A DNA stretch of 64,000 nt from the NCBI GenBank assembly GCA_028023455.1, contig JAQFVV010000003.1, forward strand, positions 26,722,001 through 26,786,000, given 5' to 3'. The DNA comes from Epiperipatus broadwayi (lineage: Eukaryota; Animalia; Onychophora). Below are positions 13,500 through 25,815 of this stretch, piece after piece. The position numbers and the translations under genes are program-made. How positions within the stretch are numbered: position 1 is the stretch's first letter; each line of letters starts with the position of its first letter. The notes beneath the pieces are model-generated. The model made no database searches, had not been told where the DNA came from, and was given only the letters and a program-made list of their open reading frames with translations.

Positions 13500-16420
13500 A
13501 GATTATAAGAAAAGATATATGGCATTAAATATGTATAACAAAGTAAATAATGCATATAGATCATAGGAGAAAGTCTTTAAATATCCCACTGTAAGATAAA
13601 CATTCTTTCAACAATTTTTTAATGAGAAATAATGAAGAAGATAGCATCATGAAGGTATTGGGAAAAAGGATTAAGTTTACAATATTGATGGGATCCACAA
13701 TTGGAAGATAATGAATAGAATATCCAATGTAGAATATTTCTTTCTGCCTTATAAGATACAATATTGTCCAGCAAAGGCAAACGTTTCCAATACAAAATGT
13801 CTGCTGCTTGCAGAATGATGTTGGTTCTTGAAAGGTTAGCTTCTGAATCTGATAGAAACAATTATGTATTTCTTTGTAGCTCTTTTTGATTTTTTTTTCT
13901 TTCAATCACTTATGTTTTTATGAGTTTCTCATGCCATTGGTTATTTCATTAACTGTGATTATGGGATTATATGCACAATAATTTTGACTCCAATATGTGT
14001 ATATATGTGTAAGCATAAATATTTAAGAGTGTATAAAATATGCAACTCTTAACATTTAAAAAACAGACTGGGAATCTTGCTTGAAAACATATACCCAATA
14101 ATAAGTCATATGAAACAGAATTTGAGATAGTCTTCTCTTGGGAAATATGCTTGGGCAATACCCATTAAGGAGGTCTCTGCTTCCATAATTGTGAATAGTC
14201 TTTTGCAGTGTATGTGTTTGTACTGGGTATATTTCTTATTTATTCAGTAGAAATATTCATAATATGTTGTAATAATTACTAAAACAAGAGTGGCAGGATT
14301 TTTTTTTTCCCTTTTTTTAGATAAATACAGACAATTAGAATGTCCAAACTTTAGTTGATTAAGACTATTCAGATCTCTATATTGAATTGTGTTTGCAGTT
14401 GAGAAGTTTCTTAGGTTTTATAGCTTTTCTTAAGGATTAATGTCTTTCAGAGGAAATAAATTTAATTGGAGAAAAATAGAATGCTGTGTTTTGGAAAGTC
14501 AGTTTTTGAGCAAAAAGAGACTGCATAGTGCTCGATTTACTATTGGGTCTCACCTGGAACTTTTTATTTTTGAAATTTCTAAATGTATTAATGAAAAGTA
14601 ATGGTTTCAAAATTTACTTGAATATTAGTACTCAGGCTTATTTTATTAGTACTCACACTCCAACATTAGATTCATGAAGTTCAGAGAAAGAAAGCTTTTT
14701 ATTTTTGTTTTTTGGATAGTGTTATTACATCAATACCAATGAAATCTTTTTTCATATGAAAAAAATTTGTGCAGATGTGTGGGTATTGGTGGAAGTAGTA
14801 TAATAGTACTGTTGATTAAGGAACTCAAATGGTCTGTCATTATGGAATTTGGGTTGAGTATCACAAATATTTTGGTTAGATAGAAATATTGATAAAAGAA
14901 ATTTGAATGTATATACATTCAAAATAAATTATTTTATACAGTATTTTTAATCTAATTAAAATATGATACTTTAAGTAAATTTTATGTATGGTATAAATAT
15001 TATCTCCAAGACATTCTAAAGAGATGATTTGTTTATTGTTTTCATTGATAGAATACTGACTGATGTTAGAATTAAGCAAGCTATTGAAGTTTCTCAAAAA
15101 GAAAATAATGGCACAGAAGTGATTTCAAATACTTTAATTACAAGAGGTCAATTAATTAGATCAACATATGGGTCTTCTATGATATGAAAGATAATGTTAA
15201 AATGTTTATATTTTTGGGACGAGACAAGATTCTGATAAAATAAGCAAAAAAATTAAAAATTTGGAAGCTAAACTTCAAAAAGAAAATAATGGCACAGAAG
15301 TGATTTCAAATACTTTAATTACAAGAGGTCAATTAATTAGATCAACATATGGGTCTTCTATGATATGAAAGTTAATATTAAAATGTTTATATTTTTGGGA
15401 TGAGACAAGATTCTGATAAAATAAGCAAAAAAATTAAAAATTTGGAAGCTAATTAAACACAAACCTAATTTTTAAAGCTGAAACAACTGATCCCTACAAT
15501 TCTGATAAATAAAAAGATTTTAATTTCAAAAATAACTTTATTAGTGTAAAATAATTGATTATTTAAGAATATCTGAATAAATTGTCTTTCTTGGCAAGAA
15601 GTTCTAGAGGTAGATAAATGAGCTCAACATCCTGATTGAGAATCTATGATGGATCTAAAGTTTAATCCCCTGGAGAATCTTTAATGGAAATGCTAGTATC
15701 AAATTTCATGTGTGATTGTGTATGTCTTAGGTGATTTTTGGTATTTGAAAGAGTCTCCATGTCTCATTATAGAGGAATTTTGAAGACAGGATAAAGTCTT
15801 TATTTTTTAACTTATTAAGGTGATGATAAATATGAGGTCCTGTCATGGATTATTTGTAGAATTTAGAACTGACTCTAAGAATGCATGCTTCTGGAAAATC
15901 GCCATCACACAGCTGACAAATATAAATTGGCATTTTGGGAGATATATCAATGCCAGTTTTTTTTTATGATGTTATCAATTTAGAGAAATTACATGCTGAA
16001 TTAATGGATTTGATATCTGGACCAGTTTCTAACAATCTTATAGGAACCTATTTGTAAAGGAGGACAATTTTTGGGGGATTATTTCTTTTCTCTTTTGATT
16101 GATAGTTTTATTTTCAGAGTCGTAGTTTAAAAAGAAAAAAATCAAACAAAATGTGAAAGTGTGATCTTACCCCTTCCTACTGTCCTGTTAGATTAATAAT
16201 GAATTCAGGACAAGAGCCTGAAAGTGTATCTTTGCTGGCAGGCAGTGATTGCAAATAAATGTCTAATGTAATTTTTGAAAATTTTACATGCTGTACAATT
16301 ATTATCAGACTGGTGGACTAAAAAAAAATGAATATTTGCTTGATTTGTTTTCTCCAGATGTTACTTTCATAGACATGTGCTTGATCTTACAAATACAAAT
16401 TTTTTTATTTTGGGTTTGAA
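13500..16420 (-). mobile_element. Highly decayed DNA-transposon transposase, tentatively hATm-like
   Basis: Minus-strand fragments LFAITACQQ (~16230; cf. LFDIAACKC) and FPREDYLKF followed by QARF (~14140-14070; cf. PRDDY...HHARW) occur in the expected order. No TIRs found. The family label is from memory of the motifs. Confidence 0.4.
15094..15452. repeat. 181-bp tandem duplication
   Basis: TCAAAAAGAAAATAATGGCACAGAAG starts at 15094 and 15275; the copies differ at only a few positions. Confidence 0.95.
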
Positions 16421-17199
16421 ATGTTTTATTATCCTGGGGATATTTATCTGATTCATCAATGAAATTTTTGTAAAATCTTGGGTCTGATAATTTAAATACA
16501 TAAATAAGCTATGATGTAGTAGTATCGAAGATGCTAGACTGGAATAAAGATATTTTAAACCAACGAAAGCCTTTTCTGTTTTTAAATGGTCAACCATTTA
16601 TTAATTTAATACATACATATGCATTGTAATAAATATATATTATTGCAGTTTGTTTACTACTACTTCAAATTGTTACTTTCCCAAACACTAGTTCCAATAA
16701 ATTGTGCACAGTTTCTTGTATAATATATATAATGTGTATATATAAACATTTTATTTTCTTGCTCTCGGTTTGTTTCTATTTTCTGGAGTTAGAATGGCCA
16801 TTCTTATAATAATAAATTAGATATTAAGTGGGTTGGCTGCAGACTTTTTTTTTATAACTCAGAAGAATTTTCTAGTTTCATTTGGCACATGCTCAAACTT
16901 CAAATTGTGAAAATGGCAGACAGGTGCAACTATTATATCCCGAATTCTTTTTTCAAAGATAATATATATATATAAGGTAAGAAAAAGCTTTATATCTGTG
17001 TTTAATGATTTCTTCACACACTATGAAAGTCGTTTCATTATTCACTGATAATTTTTAATGATTACCAGAACATTGATACTTATTTGACTGATCCATTTCC
17101 TTTTAAAGATTTATTTAGCCTCCAGATGAAAATAGATTTACCTGTATGCTATAAAGAATCTAGTGAATAGTGATTAGTGCACCTCCTACCTGGCATGCC

Positions 17200-17281
17200 T
17201 ATGTATTTGAAAAGAAAGCTTTTTTAATATATGTGCTTCATATGTATTTGAAAAGAAAGCTTTTTTAATATATGTGCTTCA
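17200..17281. repeat. Perfect 41-bp tandem duplication
   Basis: TATGTATTTGAAAAGAAAGCTTTTTTAATATATGTGCTTCA occurs twice in tandem. Confidence 0.95.
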
Positions 17282-17339
17282 CCAATTCTTACTTATGGAT
17301 TTGAGATATTGACACTTAACATAAGCACAATACAAAGAC

Positions 17340-17670
17340 TTCAGTTCATTCAGTGAACTATGGAAAGATGTATGTTAAGAATAACAAGAGGAATTAAAGG
17401 TAAAAGACTTGAATAAGAGAACAGGAAAGATTAAAATCTAAATATTTGGCTGAGAGAATAAACAGATATCATTGATGGCATTGAAAGAATTAAGAGACTG
17501 AAATGAAATTGAACTTGATAGAAGGGATCATAATAGATGGACAACTGAGATCTTGAATCAAGAGATTGTAAAAGACCTAGAAAGAGATAACATTTTAAAT
17601 GGATCGATGAAGTAAGGAAGTTTGTTGTGATATGGAAAAGAGACACTGATGATTATGATTATAATAAGAG
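17340..17670 (+). mobile_element. 3' fragment of an RTE-clade LINE
   Basis: KWIDEVRKF-type C-terminal motif and a TGATGAT tail. Similar to the reverse complement of 32040-32460. Confidence 0.7.
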
Positions 17671-18003
17671 AAGAAACAGAAGTTGGAAAGCTACTCACAG
17701 CTTGAATATTGTGCAATTGTTTCATTGTTACTTTTTAATCTTACAGCTTTTTATTTATTCTTGTTTACGTTTGGGGTGGATAGGAAATTGTGCTATTTCG
17801 TTAAAAGGATCACAATCATTTACTTTTATTTTACTAGATATTTTTCCTAACTCCATTTATAAATTAGTTATTTATTGTAAAAAATGTACATTTTATAAAT
17901 ATGAGATCGTCTTTACTTTGAGTGATTAAGTGGTTGAAAATTAATCCACTTAAAAAATTTAATGTAACTTGAATAATATATAGTTGAAATAGTTGCTCAG
18001 GAG

Positions 18004-18290
18004 ATAATAAAAATACAGTTATCTATCTACTTATTCTTCACGTATAAAGTATGATAAATAGAATAGCTAAAATTCAAAAACTATTAATCACAAAAAACTA
18101 TTTGCCAAGAGCTTTCACCAAAATCATGGTAACATATTGGAACTGAACAGTTAATATTCCAGTGCAAGCGCATGGCAAATAGTTTTTTGTGATGAATGTT
18201 TTTTTTAATGTTAACTACTCTGTTTAACACACTTTATACATGAAGAATAATTTTCATTATCTGACAGTTTTTGTATTATTTATTTATTAT
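18004..18290. repeat. Imperfect fold-back (MITE-like) element
   Basis: 18087-18107 pairs perfectly with 18173-18193 (21 bp). 18031-18050 pairs with 18231-18250 (1 mismatch). Confidence 0.8.
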
Positions 18291-18487
18291 CTATCTACTC
18301 TTGATATCATTGCTTTTAATTAATCTTTATTTATCTACTGCATTGTGAAATTTATTCCACAATTCAATCCATGCCTTTTCCAAAACACTTCAGCAAATTT
18401 TCTTATATCAGTATTAATATGTATATTAAATGAGATATTTATTTTATATAGTACTATGCTTTATAAACTGTAATAGTAATAAGCAGC

Positions 18488-18636
18488 CATTAAGCTAATG
18501 CATATGCGCTTTGTGGATTTTTAACTATAAATGAATACTCTCACTTTCAAACTCAAGATAAAGCCTTTGTGAAAAGATAGAATGAATCCATCTATCCTTT
18601 TGACCCAAACGTTTATGTATGTGCATTAGCTTAATG
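18488..18636. repeat. Short dispersed repeat bounded by 18-bp inverted repeats
   Basis: CATTAAGCTAATGCATAT / ATGTGCATTAGCTTAATG. The body (ATGCGCTTTG...ATGAATACT...GATAAAG.CTTTG) recurs at ~31141-31250 and, inverted, at ~37930-38032. Confidence 0.7.
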
Positions 18637-19979
18637 TATATTAAGTTCTCTACTTAATCATCATCATCAGTGGTAGTTTGCCAATGCTTGAAGCCAAAAC
18701 ACATATACAAGACACTATATGTGTGAATGTTTTTATGTTTATCATAATTTTTATATGTATGAGTATACACACAAATCTTATTTATTTTTTAAAGATGGAT
18801 TTTGCGCGTATTGACTCGATAGTGAGTCAGCAGAAAAGAATAAGATTTTTAGTAGTTGCAATAAGTTTGCACATCATTAAGCTATTACTAAATCTAATTG
18901 TTTATTAATTATTCTAAATATATTCAATTTTATTTTTATTTTTGTAAATATGCTTAAAAGTTCCACTTCACCACATATTCTTGAAGCATGTGATTAAAGA
19001 TATATGAAAAATATAAATGATCTCCAAGTTTTATTTTATATTGAACCACCACTTGCCTGTGTCACAATCTCTTTCATATGCCTTCATCATTTGTTTGGTA
19101 TTTATCATTATCAAATTTATTATAATTTGATTTATAAGTGTCCCAGTTTTTGCATTCACAATTTTGACACAACTATTTCAGATAAATTAAATTATAAATT
19201 ATAAGTATAGTATCTACAAATATCAATACATACTGAATAATAGCTACATGTCTATTTACCAAATAATAACTAGTTAGTTTGACTAGAGGCTGACCTTAAA
19301 CTTTTTTATGATCTGAAAAATGTTCAAGATTTATCTGCCATAAAACATACTAACACTGATGAAATGATTGGAATTGTGAGTTTGTAAATAAATGATTTAT
19401 TATATAAATAAGTAAAGTGCAATTGTAAAGATATTTATCTCAATTACTGAGAAAGAAACAATATTTTCAAAAGGAAACTAATATTTCCAAAATCTAATTC
19501 TAGAATGTCTTTAATTGAGAATAATACAGAAATATTTACAATAAATAAATTATCTTAGAAAATAAAGAAAAGGGGGGAATGTATGAGCTATGATATTTGG
19601 TATATTTGGTTCCAAACCCTCTCACATATAACATATATTGCATATAGTAGCTTATATTTTGTTAAATAATCTTTGATCATAATTAAATATATATTGTTTA
19701 CTGTGTACAGTGCTTTTCAATATGCATATATATAATATAGATGCATTTGTATGTATATAGTATGCATATATAAATTAAAATTATGGTTTAAACAAAATTA
19801 AAAAATAATAAGATAGTTAAGAGGTGATGGTCATGTGATGTTTATTGGCTTAAATTGAGATAGCATATTTTATTATATGTTTACTATGTATGTATTCATC
19901 ATTTCATATATAATCAAAAAATAAAAATAATAGCAAATTTTCTATACCATATCATTAATTTTTAAAAATAAAATGTCTG

Positions 19980-21440
19980 GCTAAAGTCAGGCACAATTTT
20001 GCTGCCGTTCCCGTGATGGAACGCCGAGTTCAATCCACCAAATGCCGAAGCAACAACCAACAAGCTTACACCAAATAAAAGAAGTCATAAGCCGCTAAAA
20101 GGGACTTGCCGTCATTCTAACACCATTTTAAATCGTCTCGCAACTGAATAAGAACATGCCATAAGCCGCCAAAGAACTCACCTTCGTTCTAGCTCGAATC
20201 TATCCAGTCCAGCTATAGAACTGTTATAATATTATTTAAAATAGCAGAGCTCTCTGTGAATTTCAAAAACAATCATGATTTCTTAAAAAACAGGTTAGCT
20301 AACCATATTATCGAAACTTCTTTCTAACTTGTTTTTCAAATAATCTTTAAATTCTATAATATGAAATACTTTTGTAAATTTCTGTGTTAATTAATGTTTT
20401 GCTATATAATTTAATCACTGCAGTTATATGTTGCTTTTCTTTTGCTTATTTTTAATAATTATTAATTATGCCTATGTTTCGAAATGGCGTGCATTTAATT
20501 ATAGAATATGTTTTTAAACATATAAATTTAACATCTTCGTGTTATTATTTATATAGCGTCATTTCGTGCGCTGTTTCGAAACCCAAATTCATATTTTGTC
20601 ATTTAGTAAATTAATTAGTATAAATATAAAATGTGGCTTTTCAACCTTTAATTATTATATTACTAAAGATTAAACTAGCCTGGAGTGTAATCATAGGTAT
20701 ATTTTTTTAGTTAAGTATTCGTAAGTCCCTTATTAAATATACTTTTCCCCCTTTTTAAAAGTTTAGTAGTTATAGATAACTAAAGAGATTGAACAGGATA
20801 AAGTAAAGTTTGTATATATTCCCGTCAGTAGCATATACATATTTCTCATGCTACAGAAGAGTTGGCTCTTTTGATCAAGCTGATAAACTTGTGTTCATTT
20901 AATATGTGATATTTCATTTATAATATCCTTCAGCTTGGCGGATGTGAAACTTATTAATATTTTTCTCGTTGTGCTGTTTTATATATAAGATGGAGCCACG
21001 GCGTTGCCAGCACATCTTCTCTTATAGGGTAGTGCAGTAGCGAAGTCTGAGCTACGGGCCAGATTAGCACGTAAGTCCCCCGCTTCTTATGAACCAAATA
21101 AAGGTTCCCTTTTGCAGCATGTTTGTCACAAAAACCCTAAAACTATTCTTCCATCCGCAGAGCCACCTTATTATTATATTTTACTTGTGCCTAGCGTATT
21201 AGTAAAATCATTATAGCCAACTCTCCCTCCCTAATATGCAGTCTTCGGCGTTGATCCGAAGCATTCTTGAAAACCCGTTCGATCTAAAGCTATCTGGGAT
21301 GCTTTAAAAGCCCATAGTTAATATAAATTTATTATAATTAAGATGTATTATTAAGTTTCACTCCAGACTTGGTTAGATTTCACGTACAATAGCCACACGA
21401 ACTGATGATGAAAGGGCATAACTGGTAAAAGTTAATGTAG
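19980..21440. promoter_or_regulatory. CpG/GC-enriched island (possible promoter/first exon, structured RNA or young repeat)
   Basis: CpG dinucleotides are visibly clustered relative to the flanks. A splice-like ttatAG...GTAAGT frame surrounds 21028-21070. No long ORF. Confidence 0.35.
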
Positions 21441-22789
21441 TGATTAGTTATATAGTAGGGTATTTGTTTCCATTAAATAATATTGGAGCAATTAAATAAT
21501 AGCCAACGTATCAATTATTGTTTAAATGGCCTATAGTAATGTTACTTTATAAATAAAATGCCTGCGTGCATTTGCCAATAACAATTGTCAATAAATATAT
21601 TTTAATTCATCATATATCAGTTTCTGTCTCATTATTAAATCAATCCAATTCACTAATTTCCCATAGCTATTTCATTAGTAAAACCCCTATTACCTAATTA
21701 TCTTAGATTTTATCTTTGGAATGTCTTTAGTGTTTAAGTTGTTTATATAAATGTTTAAGTCCATGAGTCTTTTGTTTCTCCAATTTGCTAGTGGGCCGGA
21801 TTAAGAATTAATTCTCGTGGGCCATCATTGTTATGTTGTCCATTAGGTGTTTGATCTGGGGCTTGGAGAGTGGGTTCGAATCCAGGCTGGTCCTTGACCA
21901 AAATCTCGGGCTCGACTGGGTTTGAAGTACATTTTGTGAGTTCCAGCTCGTGTTAGATGGATAAGCATATTTTGACCGGCACATACTCTGGTTGATATTC
22001 TTTCTCTTCAATAATTTTTTTTCTATGGAACTGAAATAAATGGTAGTCTTGTTATCATCAGACTATGATCTCTCTATTTATTTTGGTGCTTTTCAGTGTG
22101 TATCTTTTCAGAATCTATATGGTCATTCTTATTTGCTATTACATATTGTAAACTCTTGTTTAAACTCTTCAAACTAAATTTTTTGATACAAAATGAGAAT
22201 GATTTACAGTTCTTTTTTATTGTTTAAGAAAGATATTTTGTGAATTTTATTAAATTTTTTAAACATTTAGAAAAAAATTATGATACGAAATACATATATA
22301 TCAAATTCAGAAAGAAAAATAAAATGAAGAATAAAATGTATGTGCTTTCAATGTAAGCTGAAAAACTCTGAGATGAAAAAATGGCTGACTGCTGTTGGAT
22401 TGTAAAAAAATTTAAGTTTATGACTTAATGTTTTCCATTTGGTTTATTTCTTTTTTGTTATTGTTTATTTACATTTTTAATAGTATATAATTAAAATAGT
22501 GTATATTGATACCACTTATGCTGCAGCTTCACTGTAATAATAAAATAATACTAATATCTAGTTGCTCCATATTATTACCAGTGTTCATGTCTTTCTATTG
22601 TTCTTCAGTTATGCATTCAAGTCTGTATAAAAACTGTTAACATATATCTATCAAAAAAAATTTTTTCAAACATATAGATATATTTTCGTTTGTGATCTGA
22701 TCCATTGTGTCAGCCGCGGGATGGTGCTATTTCTAACCAAAAACACATTAATATAACATTCCCAGGCTAGCAATTCTCTATTAATATTG

Positions 22790-24495
22790 ACTTTTTTTTT
22801 TTTGGTTTACAAATTTTACTTTCTTTCGTTTCTAAATTATTTTTCCCAAATAATATTTTTGACAATGGGATAATAATAGTTGTTTTTTAATTTTTATTGA
22901 CAAGAGGGTCTTTTTTGGTGTATGTTCAAATAGTAATTTGTGTTTTTTAAATAGTATTACTGTTTTTTTAAATTTGATTCACAAAATTAAAGAGAGAACG
23001 GGTTTTTTTTATGTATCTTTAAATAATAATTTTTGTTACTTTTATTGGTTTACATTTGATTAACAACAATTAGTGGGAGGGGTGTTTTTGTGTATGATTA
23101 AATAATAATTTACCTTACTTTTATTTTTACATTTGATTGTCAACAACAATTATTGGGAGAAATGTTTTTTTTTGTGTGTGTGTATATGTTTAAATAAATA
23201 TTTAAGTTACTTTTATTGGTTACATTTGATTGACAACCAATTTGACTTTCTTCCATTTATAAATTATTTTGGTTTCACAAATAATATTTTTGACAATGGG
23301 ACAATAATAGTTGTTTCTTTAATTTTTATTGACAAGAGGGTGTTTTTTGGTGTATGTTCAAATAGTAATTTGGGTTATGTTTAAATAATAATTTACCTTA
23401 CTTTTATTGGTTTACATTTGATTGACAATAATTATTGGGAGGGGTGTTTTTTGTGTGTATGATTGTCGACAACAATTATTGGGAGAAGGGGTGTATGTTT
23501 AAATAATAGTTTACGTTACTTTTAGTGGTGTACATTTGATTGACTATAATTAGTGGGAGGAGTGTTTTGGGGTTATGATTAAATAATAATTTACGTTACT
23601 TTTATTTTACATTTGATTGCCATCAACAATTATTGGGAGAAAGGGTTTTTTTGTGTATGTTTAAATAAAAACTTAAGTTACTTTTATTTTAAATTTGATT
23701 GACAACCAATTTTACTTTCTTTCATTTATAAATTATTTTGGTTTCCCAAATAATATTTTTGACAATGGGACAATAATAGTTGTTCCTTTAATTTTTATTG
23801 ACAAGAGTGTCTTTTTTGGTGTATGTTCAAATAGTAATTTGGTTTATGTTTAAAAAATAATTTACCTTTCTTTTATTGGTTTACATTTGATTGCCGACAA
23901 CAATTAGTGGGAGGGGTGTTTTTGTGTATGATTAAATAATAATTTACGTTACTTTTACTTTATATTTGATTGCCGACAACAATTATTGGGAGAAGGGTTT
24001 TTTTTTTTTTTGTGTATGTTTAAATAAAAATTTGAGTTACTTTTATTTTATATTTGATTGACACCCAATTTTACTGTCTTTTTATCGTTTATAAATTATT
24101 TTGGTTTCCCAAATAATATTTTTGGCAATGGGACAATAATAGTTGTTTCTTTAATTTTTATTGACAAGAGGGTATTTTTTGGTGTATGTTCAAATAGTAA
24201 TTTGGGTTATGTTTAAATAATAATTTACAGTCTTACTTTTTTTAGTTTACGTTTGATTGCCGACAACAATTAATGGGAGGGTTTTTTTTCTGTATGATTA
24301 AATAATAATTTACGTTACTTTTATTTTACATTTGATTGTCAACAACAATTATTGGGAGAAGGGGTTTTTTGGGGTATGTTTAAATAAAAATTTTAGTTAC
24401 TTTTATTTTACATTTGATTGCCAACAACAATTATTGGGAGAAGGGATGTATGTTTAAATAAAAATTTAAGTTACTTTTATTTTACATTTGATGAA
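22790..24495. repeat. Higher-order minisatellite (~75-80-bp monomers in 360-470-bp blocks)
   Basis: Monomer TTTACATTTGATTG..ACAACAATTA(G/T)TGGGAG(AA)GGG...GTGTATG(A/T)TTAAATAATAATTTACGTTACTTTTA. Block marker AAATAATATTTTT(G) at 22848, 23279, 23748 and 24111. Confidence 0.93.
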
Positions 24496-25539
24496 GGCCA
24501 TTTGGAATCTCTCAAACAAGCTACCCTTTACGAAGTGAACATTTCCGTTGGCAACAACGAGACTTACAAATGAAAGTCAAAAGATGTTTATGGACTTCAA
24601 GATTGCATATATTTGCCACACACTCATATCTTTTCTTTCAGCAGGATGTTTTTCTGCTGTAGAAATGTTTCAGAACTGGCTTCCATGTCTGGCAATTCCC
24701 ATCTTTTCAAGTTTTCTGTGTTCGAATTAGCCATATTCTTGGTCTTGAAAAATTTCTCACTAAAACGTGACTTAAAGCGTGATCATCAAAAAAATTCAGC
24801 TACCCCACCCTAATCAAGAATTTAGGAGGCTTACAGCTTTATGAGGAACAATCACGACACTGTTAAAATTGTTAAAAGGTAGCAGTACATCAATTCATAT
24901 AAAAAAAAAATGCCCCAATGAAAATTTAAATAATTTTGATACGATGAACTTAACACACTCTCGTATGATATTGTTACATAAAATACATAACACAGCATTA
25001 CGATATAGTGCATAACACAAACAACTATGGTATTTTCCTCTGCCTTTAGCATAGGAAAAAGCCACACCGTTATCCGCTTAAGCTGAGTTAAACTCTTTCT
25101 AGGTTTTATCGTAGAAAGAAGGCTTAACTCTAAGTTAACACTCTCCATTTTAGCATAGAAAGAGAACTTAACTCTGAGTTAACAATCTTTCTAGAATTTA
25201 TTGTAGAAAGAATGCTTAAAGGCTTGGGTGTGGCTGCGGAAATGGCATATTTCTAGAAATTAAGCTAGAAGTAGTGCCATCCTGTGGCTGACATGAAGGA
25301 TGAGAACACAACCACATTTTCTTATAACAATAGCTTATTTTTACCAAAATCATACTTCCCAAATTTAATTGTATGATTAATTTAATCCATTATGTTATTT
25401 CTTCTGTGAAAAACATTTTACATTATCTTTAATTTTTTTACCATTTGTCTTTAGTCTATTCTCTTGCATCAACAAATCTTGTAACTTATTCTGCAATTCT
25501 AAACTATTATTTGCAAATTAACCATATTATTTGCAAAAT

Positions 25540-25815
25540 CTAGATAAACAAACGGTGTCATTGGTGGTATTGAAAGAATTAAAAGCTGAAATGAATATAG
25601 GCTGAACATATTTTTTAAAAAGGTGCCAGTAAATATTCACTTGTTAAATGAGATTCCAAAAGTTTTTACAAAGATATCACATGTTATATGGATAGATGAG
25701 ATAAGAAAGTTTTTGGAATGATACAGAAAAGAGTTGGTATGGATTGGAAAAACTAGATTAAACTTGGAAAGACCTTCATTCTTTCATTGAATCAATAATG
25801 GTTGGAAATGATGAT
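25540..25815 (+). mobile_element. Decayed RTE 3' fragment
   Basis: WIDEIRKF motif and a GATGATGATGA tail. Confidence 0.55.

Noticed and set aside
21412-21423. CTGATGATGAAA hammerhead core
   Set aside because: There is no room for stem II and no stem I/III pairing.
21840-21900. Second tRNA/SINE head (B-box GGTTCGAATCC at 21873-21883)
   Set aside because: No convincing A-box or cloverleaf; at most a SINE remnant.
22790-24495. CRISPR-like repeat-spacer appearance
   Set aside because: The monomers are contiguous and mutually homologous with no unique spacers; the context is eukaryotic and has no cas genes.
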